Source: Takakia lepidozioides (taxonomy: Eukaryota; Plantae; Bryophyta). From it: a stretch of DNA of 64,000 nt. A model generated the notes under the pieces. That model was not told where the DNA came from, did not search any database, and saw only the letters and a list, made by a program, of their open reading frames with translations. Of the stretch, positions 24,687-36,280 are shown piece by piece (the stretch's first letter is position 1; every line of letters starts with the position of its first letter). The stretch is from the NCBI GenBank assembly GCA_030704615.1, contig CM060733.1, forward strand, positions 42,346,001 to 42,410,000, in the 5' to 3' direction. Position numbers and translations under genes: made by a program.

Positions 24687-24913
24687 ATCTGCTATATGGG
24701 TTGATAACTCCAACCAGGCTAAGTCTCTAGAATCCATTCAAGTGGGGGTGCTTAAGGAGTGTACGTCAGCATGCTCCAAAACAGCCAATGTGGCTGTTTG
24801 GGGTGAGTTTGGCATTCCATCCTTAAGCTCCCGACGAGATGAATTCAAGGTCAGATGGTGACGTCAGCTGCAACATATGCCCAACACCAGATATCCTAAA
24901 TTAATCGACTCTA
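24687..24913 (+). mobile_element. LINE fragment nearly identical to 54060-54286
   Basis: ATCTGCTATATGGGTTGATAACTCC...TTAATCGACTCTA shared, including the same premature TGA. Confidence 0.95.
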
Positions 24914-25499
24914 ATCAGATTTACATGCCATGCAATCATCCATAGGAAACACAAAGAATCTGAATTGCTCATCCCATCAGGCCTGCAGGTTACTTTGGTA
25001 TTATTTATCCTAAAGCAACTTGAATACAATGCCTGAATCATTCTCTTCGCATCTACCAATGTCTTACCGTTTTGGAAAATAGGTAAACATTCAAGGGCAT
25101 ATAACCAAGGACCAGATTTGGCCACAAAGATCCATCCATTCAGTTTGGCATGGTATCAAGTGTCCTAGAGTAACCGGCTTCTAAAAGAGGCTAAGTTTCC
25201 AATGCTTGTACATTCAAGAACACTGTCTGGTCATGAAAACAGGTCTGCCCTACATTGTAGCATGTTACCAGATAAATTCTTTAAAGCCATCAGCTTGTCA
25301 TATCATTGCTCCATTGTCACATCAGTATGCCATAGGGAACAAGAGATAGTCGCCCTAATGATTGTCATAAAGTAACAATCGGGAAATCTTATATCAAGCT
25401 GCTGATAGACAGGTGCAACAAGCCTAGGTAGAGGCCTTCGTACCATCAGGAGAGGAGGAGAATGCGGTGATTGCACCAGGACCACCTCAATTGTCGCCA

Positions 25500-26460
25500 T
25501 TGGACACCACACCTCTTGTGTGGCAGTGTTCGGATGAAGGCATATGCCTTCTGGACTTGTTTGGCGGGATCAGCACTGGATTGGCTGTAGTACTACAGGC
25601 AGGTGTACGAGTTCGACATTACCTGTATGTGGAGAGGGATGAGACTGCACGACGCGTCTCACTGCGCCATGTTGCTCAGTTGGTGCAGCAATACCCTGGT
25701 TTGTTGCCAGTGTCTGCAGTTCGTGGATACCAACAGGCATTGCCAACAGACATCTCTTTGCTGGGGGCGCATGATTTGTCACTTGGTAGTGGCAGGTTGG
25801 CCCTGCTAAGGGCATTCATCAGCCGGGCATGACAATGGGTTACAAGACTCAAGGTCACGCTTGTTTTGGGAGATGTTGAGGGTCCTACGCTATTTACAGC
25901 TTCAGCAGACAGACTCTCCGGCATATATCTTGGAGAATGTGCCATTGATGGGTGATTCTCGAGCCAAAGTGATGGCCAATGTGCATCAAGTGCGGTATTG
26001 GCTTGGGTTAGCAGTGTTGCTACATGCAGCTACAGTGGGGTCACGGGCTCATCGCCCACGACTATGGTGGACCAACTTGATGCCACCTACATTCCTCAAG
26101 CGTGCATTTGATGGGATGCAGCAGCCACCAAACTTGACGGTGGATAGCATTTTGGACATAGGGAGGCAGTCTCGCGTATGAGACATGATGACCGATCACC
26201 TTTGACAGTGGTCAATAAGGTGGGTCACCCACGAGCGCCATTGCCTACACTGCTCAGCTTTCCAGGATCTCATGCTTTCCGTGATGGTGGACCTGGCCTC
26301 TTGTGGGATAGCCAGTTGCAGCAATTAGTGGAGCCCAATGCTGACAAGCGCGAGCGGGCGATGGGTTTTACCACTGGTACCACGGCGGTGCTATCTCTTT
26401 TTGAGGCATGACGTCGTCAGGTGTTGGGGCAAGCAATGGATCTCAATTGGCTTGACCTGG
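25500..26460 (+). pseudogene. C5-cytosine DNA methyltransferase (DNMT3-like) domain within the retrotransposon pol region
   Basis: Motifs I LLDLFGG, II YVERD, IV VAGWPC*GHS, VI YILENV, VIII AHRPRLWWTN, IX RERAMGF and X VLGQAMD, in order; stops and frameshifts. Confidence 0.88.
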
Positions 26461-26879
26461 ATTATCAGCTTGGCTATGGCTGAGCAGCGCAACGTACAGA
26501 GTACGCTTCCCTTGATGGTCTCTCTGTCTACCGAGACGGTATAGGCAGCGAGTGGGGGCGAACAGATAAGAACCACGAGGTGCAGACCACATCCATGGCA
26601 CACGTGGGAGGTGCTCGAGGTTCAGAGGGAGTTGGCAGCCAAGGCGGCGGTGATGAATGAGATTGGGGATTTTTCTCGGGTTGAGGAGGTCCTCAAGGTT
26701 GAGATGATGGGGCAGGATGAGACATTGTTGCTGATAGAGCAGACAGGGGTCACTGCTTAAGAGATTGCAGCATAACAACCACGGGACGCGTCTTCTACCT
26801 CTAAGCCTGCTGGACTCAAGGTTGCAGTCACGGAGGACAACTGGGAGCCTGATGTTGGCCTATAGTCACCGGAGGATAA

Positions 26880-27836
26880 AGACAACGTATACAACGGTTC
26901 TTGAGGGCTTATAGGAACTACTTTGTCTTCAATTTGAAGGACTTGGGAGCACTGAAGGGTCAAGAGATTTGCATTGAATTGGCCACTGACACGCGAATCT
27001 TTCGGAGATCCTATAGATACTGTGACATTGAGAGGTCCTTGATTCAGATGAGGACTCAGGACCACTGGGAGGCTGGTTTGGTGGAGCTATCTGGGGGAGA
27101 GTATGCTTCAGCCACAGTGATGTCAGCTAAGAATGATATCTATGGCAATTGGACGGAGAGACTTACGTGTGGTGATTACCGGCCTGTAAATCGTCAGACC
27201 AAGTCCGATAGGTATGCCATGCCAACTCCAGAGGAGTCCAGAGGAGATCTTTGATGCCATTGGGCATGCCAAGGTCTTTAGCACTTTGGATTTACGATCT
27301 GGATATCACCAGTTGCCGATCAAAGAGGCGGATAAGCAGAAGACGACATTCTGGGGGATCAATGAGCACAGGAAGGATTGCCTATACCAGTGGCGGTTCT
27401 TACCATTTGGGCTTAAGAACGCTCCTGCAGAGTTTCAGAGAGTCATGGACAAGATTCTAGCAGGGGTGGAGTTTGCTCGGTGCTACATAGATGACATCAT
27501 CATCTTTAGTGCTACGGTGGAGGAGCATGAGAGACATCTTCAGGTGGTATTTGAGCGCTTGAGGGTGCACGCATTGAAGTTACATCCGAGGAAGTGCAAG
27601 TTTTTTCACAACCAGATTGAGTATCTGGGTCACATGATATATCCTAGAGGATTGGGGGTACAGCAGACTAAGGTAGAGGCCATTGCACAGATTCCACGCC
27701 CTACGAATGTGAGCCAATTTCGAGCTGTCATGGGGTTGGCAAACTATTATAGATGGTTTGTCAAGAGATTTATTGTCATTGCAAAAGCTCTAACCAAGTT
27801 GACCAAGGTGGACCGGGAGTGGCAGTGGGAAGATAA
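26880..27836 (+). mobile_element. Ty3/gypsy reverse transcriptase (degenerate)
   Basis: CGDYRPVN, FSTLDLRSGYHQ, LPFGLKNAP, YIDDIIIFS, KCKF...EYLGH, GLANYYR. Confidence 0.93.
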
Positions 27837-28660
27837 CGCACAAGATCAAGATTCTTGTCCGCCAGCTTGATGACAAGGTCCGGATCCGACCTCAATATTT
27901 TGAGAACAAGTCTCAAGTGTCTCGGCAGACAAGGTCGTGCATTGCGGGCGATTTGATCCAAACGGCTAGACAAAATATCATTACCTTCTCGAATGATGGC
28001 CTTGAGCGGTCGAGATTCCACTGACGGATTGAATGATGGATTCAGAACGCGCCAGAGAGGACCCTCATCGTTGTCTTTGTCGGAGAAGAACGTTCGCAAC
28101 CTCAAGCTTCGAGCAAAATTGTTGAATTCGGTGATGATTGAGGATCGGGAAGGGGGAAGAGGACGAGGAATGTAATTGAGACCAAGGCCCAGGAGTTGTC
28201 GCTCTGCAAAGGAGAGAACCCTCTTGCTATAGTTGTGGATAGCAGTGTTGGTGACCCTGCATTCCACTTGGGAGGGAGTCTTCCTAGCAAAGAGCAACAA
28301 AGCGTAAGCCTTCGGGTCTACGAGCGGGTACCAGAAGAGACTCCTCGTGCGCCCGCGGGTCTGTGAGGAGGTACGTATGGCCGCTTCGTCTTCGTCGTCG
28401 CACCCTTCCTTGTGGCCGGTTTTCCGTTGACCCTCGCTGAAGGTTTCCGGCCTCCCGTACCAAAACCGGTTGTGCGGTTCGGGCCGGACCTCTCGTTGAA
28501 AAAGCGAGCGACAACTCCCGGACCTTGGTCTCAATTACATTCCTCGTCATCTTCGCCCTTCCCGATCTTAATCATCACCGAATTCAACAATTTTGCTCGA
28601 AGCTTGAGGTTGTGAATGTTCTTCTCCGGCAAAGACAACGATGAGGTTCTTCTCTGACGC
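27837..28660 (-). mobile_element. Penelope-like element N-terminal ORF fragment, with a short inverted duplicate at 28565-28650
   Basis: IHNYSKRVLSFAERQLLGLGLNYIP...FNNFARSLRLRTFF...DLVIKLADKN; (+) copy IITEFNNFARSLRL. Confidence 0.75.
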
Positions 28661-29504
28661 ATTCTGAGGACCATAAGAGAACCCCCGGAGCCCATGGATG
28701 AGGACCGCGCGGAGTTTGACGAGAACGAAGATGCGAATAAAGACACTGTAGAAACCCGCCAGCTGTGTGAAGGATTTAGCCCTGACTATCTGCGGCTTTA
28801 TTATGGTAAGTCTTGGATGGCCTGACAGTGTGAATTGCAGGACCTGCTTTATGTCTTCTCCCATATTGGTTTGTCTGATCATAATCTCATCGGTAGACTC
28901 CACATGAATTTAGCGCGTGTACACGTACAATGCGTCTGATCTGCCCGGTCTGCCATTTTGAGCTGCTAGGTCTCTTTGCCACCTCATTCAGACACTATTG
29001 TTGATGTTGATGCGAATCGTCTGTTTTCGTACCTTCGCATTCCATGCCCGTAGATTGAGCTCACGTGTTTGATGTGCTACCAGGAAGGTTGTTTCCTTAT
29101 GTAGAGATGCACAAGTGGTTGTCATATGGACAAGGTAAATCCAAACAATGTGGTCTTTGTCAATGACTTGGGAGTTCGTCATCTCTCTTTGTTTGTTTAC
29201 CACCTTAGAGTAGCTGCGTTTGGACTCCTTGTTCAATATTCTGTCTCGTATCCTGCTTTCTTTTGTATAAGCTCTTTGAGCTTTCCCTGGACTTAGCAAA
29301 GTTTATTTATTTATTTATTTTGAACATATACGGAGACCTGTAGGAATTAGAAGTGGAGCGGATGACTTTAGTATGGGAACTGTAGTTGTTACAAGTCGCA
29401 CTTTCACTTCTTTGCTGCTATAACTATGAGCTGCAACTTTTAGCAGCCGCTAACACTTGAAGCAATGATTTGAGATGGCTTGTCCTCAAGAGAGAAGGGG
29501 CTGC

Positions 29505-29705
29505 AATTTTGCATGTGCGGGGTCTCCATATGGAAAGCATGCAGGGTGCGACCCCTCTTTTTTCGGGAGGAGGGAGTTCTTGTTCACCTTGGAGGATGAC
29601 GTCTATATGCGTTACTTGTCCTTCCACAATGCTGTTGGGATGGAGGTGGCCATAAGGGACAAGTGCGCTCACAAGATTGACATAGGGGCTATTTACATTG
29701 TTGAT
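29505..29705 (+). pseudogene. DNA primase small (catalytic) subunit gene fragment
   Basis: HAGCDPSFFGRREFLFTLEDDVYMRYLSF...KIDIGAIY is the eukaryotic PriS N-terminal signature; isolated exon ending at GTAAG. Confidence 0.8.
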
Positions 29706-29855
29706 GTAAGATTCTTACGTCAAGTCTGTAGTATATGGGGAGCCATCAGTGAGCAGTAGCTACTTCAGTTGTGGGAAACCATGAACATAGCAGACGAACA
29801 GCCAGTGACAAATGAAGTCATTTTTTTGGTGTAAACTTGGGTTTTTAAGTCTACG

Positions 29856-30292
29856 TTACGGACATGGAGCAGTGAGGATATTTGCGGAAGCTGTGGTACT
29901 TTGGGCAATGCAATCCAACTCATAACTTAAGGACAATGTATCTTTTGCTGCCACCATTTGATCCACCATCCTTAAAACGTTTGTTGTCATGTCAGCTAGC
30001 TGATGTGACATTGTTACCTCCCCTGCAGTCAAATCAAAAGGCTGCCTGCATACTTCTGTAATATAACTTCTCAAGGCTTGCAAATTTGGCGTTTCTCCTG
30101 TTTCTCCTTATCCAACTGTTTCGATTACCGCTTGTGGTGGAAGCTCCACTAGAGTCGCCAAAACTGTCTCCAGGTCTTTCATATCAGGTAGACGCTCCAG
30201 TGGCCACAACCAAGATGACACAAGAACCTCATTTGCTGCAGGCATTTCTTCTTAATCCATGACCTTCCGTTTATTTGAGATCTGACCTGAGC
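29856..30292 (-). pseudogene. Gene C effector exon (CR-like, truncated, in-frame stops)
   Basis: Phase-1 acceptor CTGCAG|GC gives GSGQISNKRKVMD*EEMP...WLWPLERLPDMKDLETVL...LQALRSYITEVCRQPFD in one frame with 2 stops. Confidence 0.5.
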
Positions 30293-30489
30293 CTGCAGTC
30301 CAACACCAAAATACCAAGATACGAGCCCCATTACTGAAACACTACCAAAAGAGCCTCCCATGTTATCCACTACAGCAACCCTGAACCTTAAACAACTGCC
30401 ATTACACCAAGGAGCTTGAAAGTGTCACTCTGCCTTTCCCAATTCACAGTACCACCACATACAAGCTTAGGAAGGTATGGAAGATGAAA

Positions 30490-32389
30490 GGCCCTCACAG
30501 AGTATGTCCTGGCCTTGAAAGAGGCCCTCCCACACTTTACACAATCAATCTCTCCTCTTGCCCATGGTGATACAAGGAGGGAGGTAGAAGGTGTTGTAGA
30601 TTCTTGGGAGAGCTTTGCCACTTCTGCTGCTGATAGAGTCATGGAAGGAAACTAATTATCTGTGGTAGAGTAGTAAATTGGTGGACCCATGAGATCAAGC
30701 TCAAGATTGCTGAGAGTCAGGCGCTCTATAAGGACTGTTGTAATATCAAAGATGAAAAAATGCTCTGGTCTAGATACTACCAACTGCGTAAAGAGGTCAA
30801 TCAGCTTGTAAGGGATTAGAAGAGGCTTTACTGGGAGAAGTTGTATAGTGACATAAACTTAACCCACCATGGTCGTAATGACAAAAGATTCTGGTTGGCC
30901 TTACAGCCAATCATCATAACACCAACAATTGCACAACCAATACATGTACCCCACCTGGATCTTGGCAAGAACCACAACAGTGATAGACAATATATATAGA
31001 CTGGGAAAACATAACACACCGAAGAGAAAAGAAGACAAGAACACAGAACACTTAGACCTTGTGTTCATTGACTGCCTAAACTACTCGAACTCAAGACATA
31101 AAAAGAAAGAAAAACAACAAAAGTAGGAAGAAAAGCAAAACCCTGCTACCTGCTGTAGGTGCTACAAAAGTTTTGAGAAGTATCCCCACAACAGACGTAC
31201 GTGACCAACCCATGTTGTTGAGTTGCATCTATCATGTAGTGCACAACCAGAATTCCACATATAATTAACAAACTCAAAAGACCCTCCTCATATTTTACTT
31301 GTCACCCTGAGTGCACAACGCAGCCAATAAACCATAAAAATTGCAATTATCTTGCAAGAATTCAAATGTGCTTGCCCACAATCAGAATTGCAGACATAAA
31401 AACAAACGGGCTCAGACTGCCCTAGGCAACCCATCGACATTCACCAGACTCTATCCATGACGCACTATCTGACACCCTAGCTAATGGGTGAACATTGTCA
31501 CAGAAGGTTCTGCAGCCAAGGCGGTTTTGGTTAACTCACATTAGTCACCAACAACCACATTCTGTCATCGACCAATTAACGGCTCAAAACATGCGCATAA
31601 TTTCGGCTAGACCTTCTATCCTCTGAAGATGGTACTCAAGAAATCATAAAGGTTTGAACAACACTACTGATTCGCAGGTCACATGCATCAAAATACTGAA
31701 GAGAGAACAGAAACTCATTCTTCACACAGTGGTAGCAAACCCTACAAACTTACACTCACCAGACTCATTCCTTGACGCACTATCTGACACCCTACACCAT
31801 CAACCATGGTTTCCATAACCAACAATCCCACACAGAAAATAGGCTGCGAAGATAGACACAACACCGTTCAACCAAGAAGCAAGAGACGTAACAAAAAATC
31901 AGATGAAGATTTGAAGCCCAAACCCTGTACATACTCTTGGGATGCCATTGAGCCCGTCCAAAACTGTTACGGTTATGGTTATGGATGCAAAAAATCCAAG
32001 AGAGCTCCAGAGACACAAAGGAAGGCTCTCCCTCACAATGGCTTGCCCTCTGACCTCGCACGAAAAGTGCCCACAAAGGTTCACGGCCAGACATTTCCAA
32101 GAAGCAGTGCAATGCATATAATCCTTGTGAAAACCCTTACTCCAAAACGAGTGTGTCGGCAACCAGAATTCCACATACAAATAATGTGCTGCTCATTGGC
32201 ATTTGAGATCATAATCAACCAAGGATTCTGAAGTCATCACTAATACTAACATTTCCTCTTCAAAATGAGCAAATGATCTGGTGACGACAAACTCTAAGTA
32301 CTTGAACCTCACTATCAACAAACTCAGGCCGCAGAGCCCTGAGAAACTCAGACCACCACAAGGAAGTTTAGGGTTTAGGGTTTATATAC
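30490..32389. repeat. Shared intron module of gene C
   Basis: Same blocks, same order and orientation as 350-2410 (LINE fragment, APTA micro-exon, DSASxRES blocks). Confidence 0.92.
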
Positions 32390-32632
32390 CTACTGAACGC
32401 TGGGGCCCACTAAATGCTGTGATGAGCGATAGCACCACACCACGTCGGCCAAGAAGAACATCGAGCAAAGAACCTCTGTCAGCAGCTACAAGTGCAAGTA
32501 CACTTGAAGATGTAAGTCCATTGTTCACAAGTATATCCAAATCTTGGTCGCTAATTAACTCCTCCGCTGGTAGTTTTGTCTCCAAAAGCTTTCGAACACG
32601 CTCACGCTTAGCCAAACCACCAGATGGTGCAA
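32390..32632 (-). CDS. Gene C SAM-like header exon (243 nt, phase 1-1)
   Basis: GTGCAG|TT...CAGTAG|GTATAT; VRKLLETKL...ISDQDLDILVNNGL...DRGSLLDVLLGRRGVVLSLITAF aligns with header B. Confidence 0.65.
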
Positions 32633-33489
32633 CTGCACATAACACGAAGCAGAAGGCCTCCTATACGCAAGGGCTGTAGGGGTGATCGTGATAAACATAT
32701 TCTCATATTCTTGATCTGGTTTGCTTTGCAGGATGGGAAAGTCGGGTTTGAGGAGCTGGAAAAGCATGCACTGGAAGCAGGAGAGCCACCCATAGTTTTT
32801 GGCAAACGGATACAGTTCTCTTGTTCATGTCTGCAGGAGTTGGCGGAGATGATATTCTACTCTAAATATGACGACTCCAAGTAGGCGCTTGGTAGTCAGA
32901 AAGTAGCCAGTGACATCCTAGTTGTGTACAGTTGACTGAAATAGGGAAAGGGGAATCTGTTACGAACATACAATACTGTAGTCAATGCTAGCATCCTGGT
33001 TAGTCTGATCCTAATAATAGTCAATTTTTCCACAGAAACTGCTCAACCTAAAGTGACTCTACCCAAAGTAGCTCTGAGAAACTTTGGTTTCACGCTCTCT
33101 CTTGCCATCTTTACTGCTGGTGATGCGACAAGAAAACCCAAAATCTCTTAGGTATATTGGGTGTCACCCATTGCAGCCAACCCAGCTATAAAGGGGGGTC
33201 ATGGGTAAATTGGCCACCTAATGTTGTGGTTACCTAGGGCCTTTTGAACCAATAGAACCGAAGGTCATCGGCTGGGAAGGATTGGGCACCCATGGCTGTT
33301 AGAATGCTTTGACACACATGCTCTTTTTTTCCTTGGTAAGGGACAAGAATGATTTCAGCCCATTTTGAAAGGTGTTGTGGTGACCAAACAGCCACTCCAA
33401 TTCACCAACAACAATGTAGTGTGGTTCAATTGCATTGTATGTGGCAAGGAGAGAGAACCCTGAATTGACCTGATGTTGTAATGTCAGGC

Positions 33490-34850
33490 GGCATTACATG
33501 GAATGGCGCAAGGATCAAGGATTTACAGAGAAGGAAATTGAGGAGTTGCCTATAGCAGAGTTCGCAGAGACTCTTGTCAAATTTTTCTGCATGGTGAAAA
33601 AACGCGGCGGTGACCTCTTCCCCTCAGACAGGTCATTGCAATCTCATGCTTCTTTCTCTCTTTCTTCTGAGCTTTGCGCAGACGTCATAAAGCACCATTT
33701 CATTTCATTTCATTTCTCTTCCGAACACTGTACCGACTAGCAGATGAGAGGGATGGTCACATGCGTGCTTCTAACAGGTCATTTCTGCTCATGGCTGTTG
33801 CTCTCTTGCAGCAAATGTAGTTTACAAATTCGATAGAAGGAGATAGACACATAAGTGGGTTTGGATCTCTGTTGGGGTGTAGAATGGGTGGATTGCTTGG
33901 TTGGGACTTCGTGACGAGAACAGAGGAACGCTGTGCGGCAGGGAACAGATTAGACACTGTTATGACTGGTTGGCCGTTTTGCTTCCGGTCTTACACTCAA
34001 AACGAAACCAATTCTCTGGTTGGCTGGTTGGATGTTTTGAGGGTTTGCACGAATCCTCAACTTCCATTACAAAACGTTGGCACTACAAGGTCAGCATGAT
34101 GGTCCAATTGTGGAACCCAACAAAGACATGCTGTTTGAAAAGGCCCGAATTGCGTGCATGGAGGCAATGAAGTATTCCATCCTCAATGGGGGCAATGTGA
34201 AGAAGTCAAAGCTGGTTTTGCATCCCCGAGAGTCGGAGGAAGTTTTCTTACAGCATCCAGATAACCAGATTTTGGACCCAGATGGGTTGGTACGGCGGCT
34301 GGTGTATTATGATAGGGAGTAAAGGAAGAAGTTGGGAAGAGGAGAGGCACTTCCCGGAGAATGTGGATGAAAGCCGAAAAGGGGCGGCGGCGAGCAGTGA
34401 TGCTACTGGATGTGAGAAAAATGGAGACGGTTGCCTGGAGAATCATAGCAATGATTTGCAACAGTCCTCTGCAAACCATGACCCCCATACAGATGGTGAC
34501 AGTTTGATCAGCCCTGAAAGTGTGAGCAAGGAAAACACTAAGAGTTTGGGGGTCACACATTGGTGTTGGAGCTACCTGGTTTGGGATGGTTGAACTTGCT
34601 GGTTGCAGCATGGGATTCTGTATTGTAAGTCCTAGTACTCCATAAATACTTTGATAAATGTAGCCAAGCCCTTGGGAGTATCCAACTTTTGAAAAGTGGC
34701 GGTGAAGCTGTATATATTTTTAAAACTTTTGATCCAGACAAAATTGGTGTAGAGGACTCTCCCTGTATAAGAAAGGCTTTCTTTTAGCCTCCCGCATTTT
34801 ACCAAATAACTTCAGGTGTAGCCAATAGATTGTACTCATAAGACGTTGTT
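33490..34850 (+). mobile_element. Crypton-like (DUF3504 tyrosine recombinase) remnant
   Basis: IEELPIAEFAETLVKFFCMVKKRGGDLFPSD; FEKARIACMEAMKYSILNGG...EEVFL...PDGLVRRLVYY; catalytic residues not seen. Confidence 0.55.
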
Positions 34851-34892
34851 TGCCGTAGCCTGGTGTAGCCAACAGAGTCAGCCTCTACAGTT

Positions 34893-36280
34893 TCATGTAA
34901 TTTGTACAGGAGATAACCAAGCATCTTTCAATGCCTCCTCTGCAGTCCACTGCTTAGACTTAAGACTGCTAATAAACCTCTGAGCAGTACCGCAATGTGG
35001 GGATTGCAGAAGTACTCCCAGCTGATACAAATCTGACTGGGGAGTGTAGTGGCCATCCTCCAACATGTCCTCGCTCCAATCAGCAAAAGGCAGAAATCCT
35101 TCTGGCAACTTGAATGGAGATTCAGCTACCGTTTCAAGGTCTATGAGCATGAACCCCTCCGCTGAAACCTGCACAATATTGGGCAACCGGATATCCCTAT
35201 GGACGAGGTTTACCGCATGCAGGACAGACAAAGCCTTTAACACGTCCCGAGCCAACAGCTTCATCTCGTTCTCCGACCTCAACAACGGGGAGTAGCCCAG
35301 GGGACTGATCTCAATATTATAAGTACCTCTACGATCCATTTCAGGCTCTGAAATTACCTCCGGAAGAGAAGGGACCCCTCGTGCAACATTGTAGGCCTGC
35401 CGAATCAGTTCAAAAGTGGTCTTTTTCTCAATACAATACCTTGGGAAGTTCCTTATTGCCTTCCGAACACTGCTCGGCTGAAAGTATATCGTCCTATCCC
35501 CACATTCTTCTTCAGAAAACATTGCCCACCGGCCTGGCACTTCCGGGATTGACTCCACCATCTTCTTCATGATCTCATAGGCATTGCCAAGGCTGAGTAA
35601 CAAGAAGAGGCGGTCAGAAAGGTTCGAGACATTAAGACATGGCTTGATTCGAAATGCCCTCTTTCCATCCTTGTCGATATAAACCCATTGGAAGGCTGTG
35701 CCTGCTGCGATATAGCCGAGAATGAATTGAACCTCCCCATAAAACATCGGACTAAGTGGCATCATCTTTCTCAAAATATCCTCTTCAGCAGCAGGTAAGC
35801 CGGCCAGCTTGTCCTCACCAACCAGAAAAGTGCATCCACCGGCAATTCCAATCATGTCAGGCCTCAGCAGTTTTCCATTAGTTTTGGTGCTAGAAGTACC
35901 TGTCTTCCTTTCACTAGTATTGAACAAAAGCTGGGCATTCAAAGCAGGCACACAGAACCGGTCATACAAAGAGAATACCATCTTAAAACAAAGTCCCAAA
36001 AATATGGATACGTCCTGCCCTGATACTGGAGGGGCAACATTGGCAAGCAACAATGCTGATAGCGTCACAGGGAGCTCTGAATCATTTGCCTCCACGATGA
36101 AGTCCAATGCCTGAGAGGGCAACTTCTGTCGGAGTGTCAAGTAGGTAATTTTGGACACAGGAAGCTTTCCGTGATCCGTAGGAAACAATGCTGCTGTTAG
36201 CTCACAAGAGTTTTGTGGGAGCTTGATAGGCTGAGGCCGCAGCATAGAATGGATCCACACTCCAGAACTTTCAATCAATT
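34893..36280 (-). CDS. Gene D effector exon: Crinkler-type REase-fold + protein kinase, uninterrupted (461 sense codons)
   Basis: Phase-1 acceptor CCACCAG|AA; RPDMIG...FLVGEDK (PD-ExK); LVHRDIRLPNIV...LIDLE; SDLYQLG; WTAEEALKDAWL. Confidence 0.85.

Noticed and set aside
24170-24737. 186/185-aa ORFs
   Set aside because: Artefacts of the N gap.
32730-32815. DGKVGFEELEKH...EPPIVFG resembling header A on the + strand
   Set aside because: Too short, with no start or donor support; probably chance or antisense to decayed upstream sequence of gene C.
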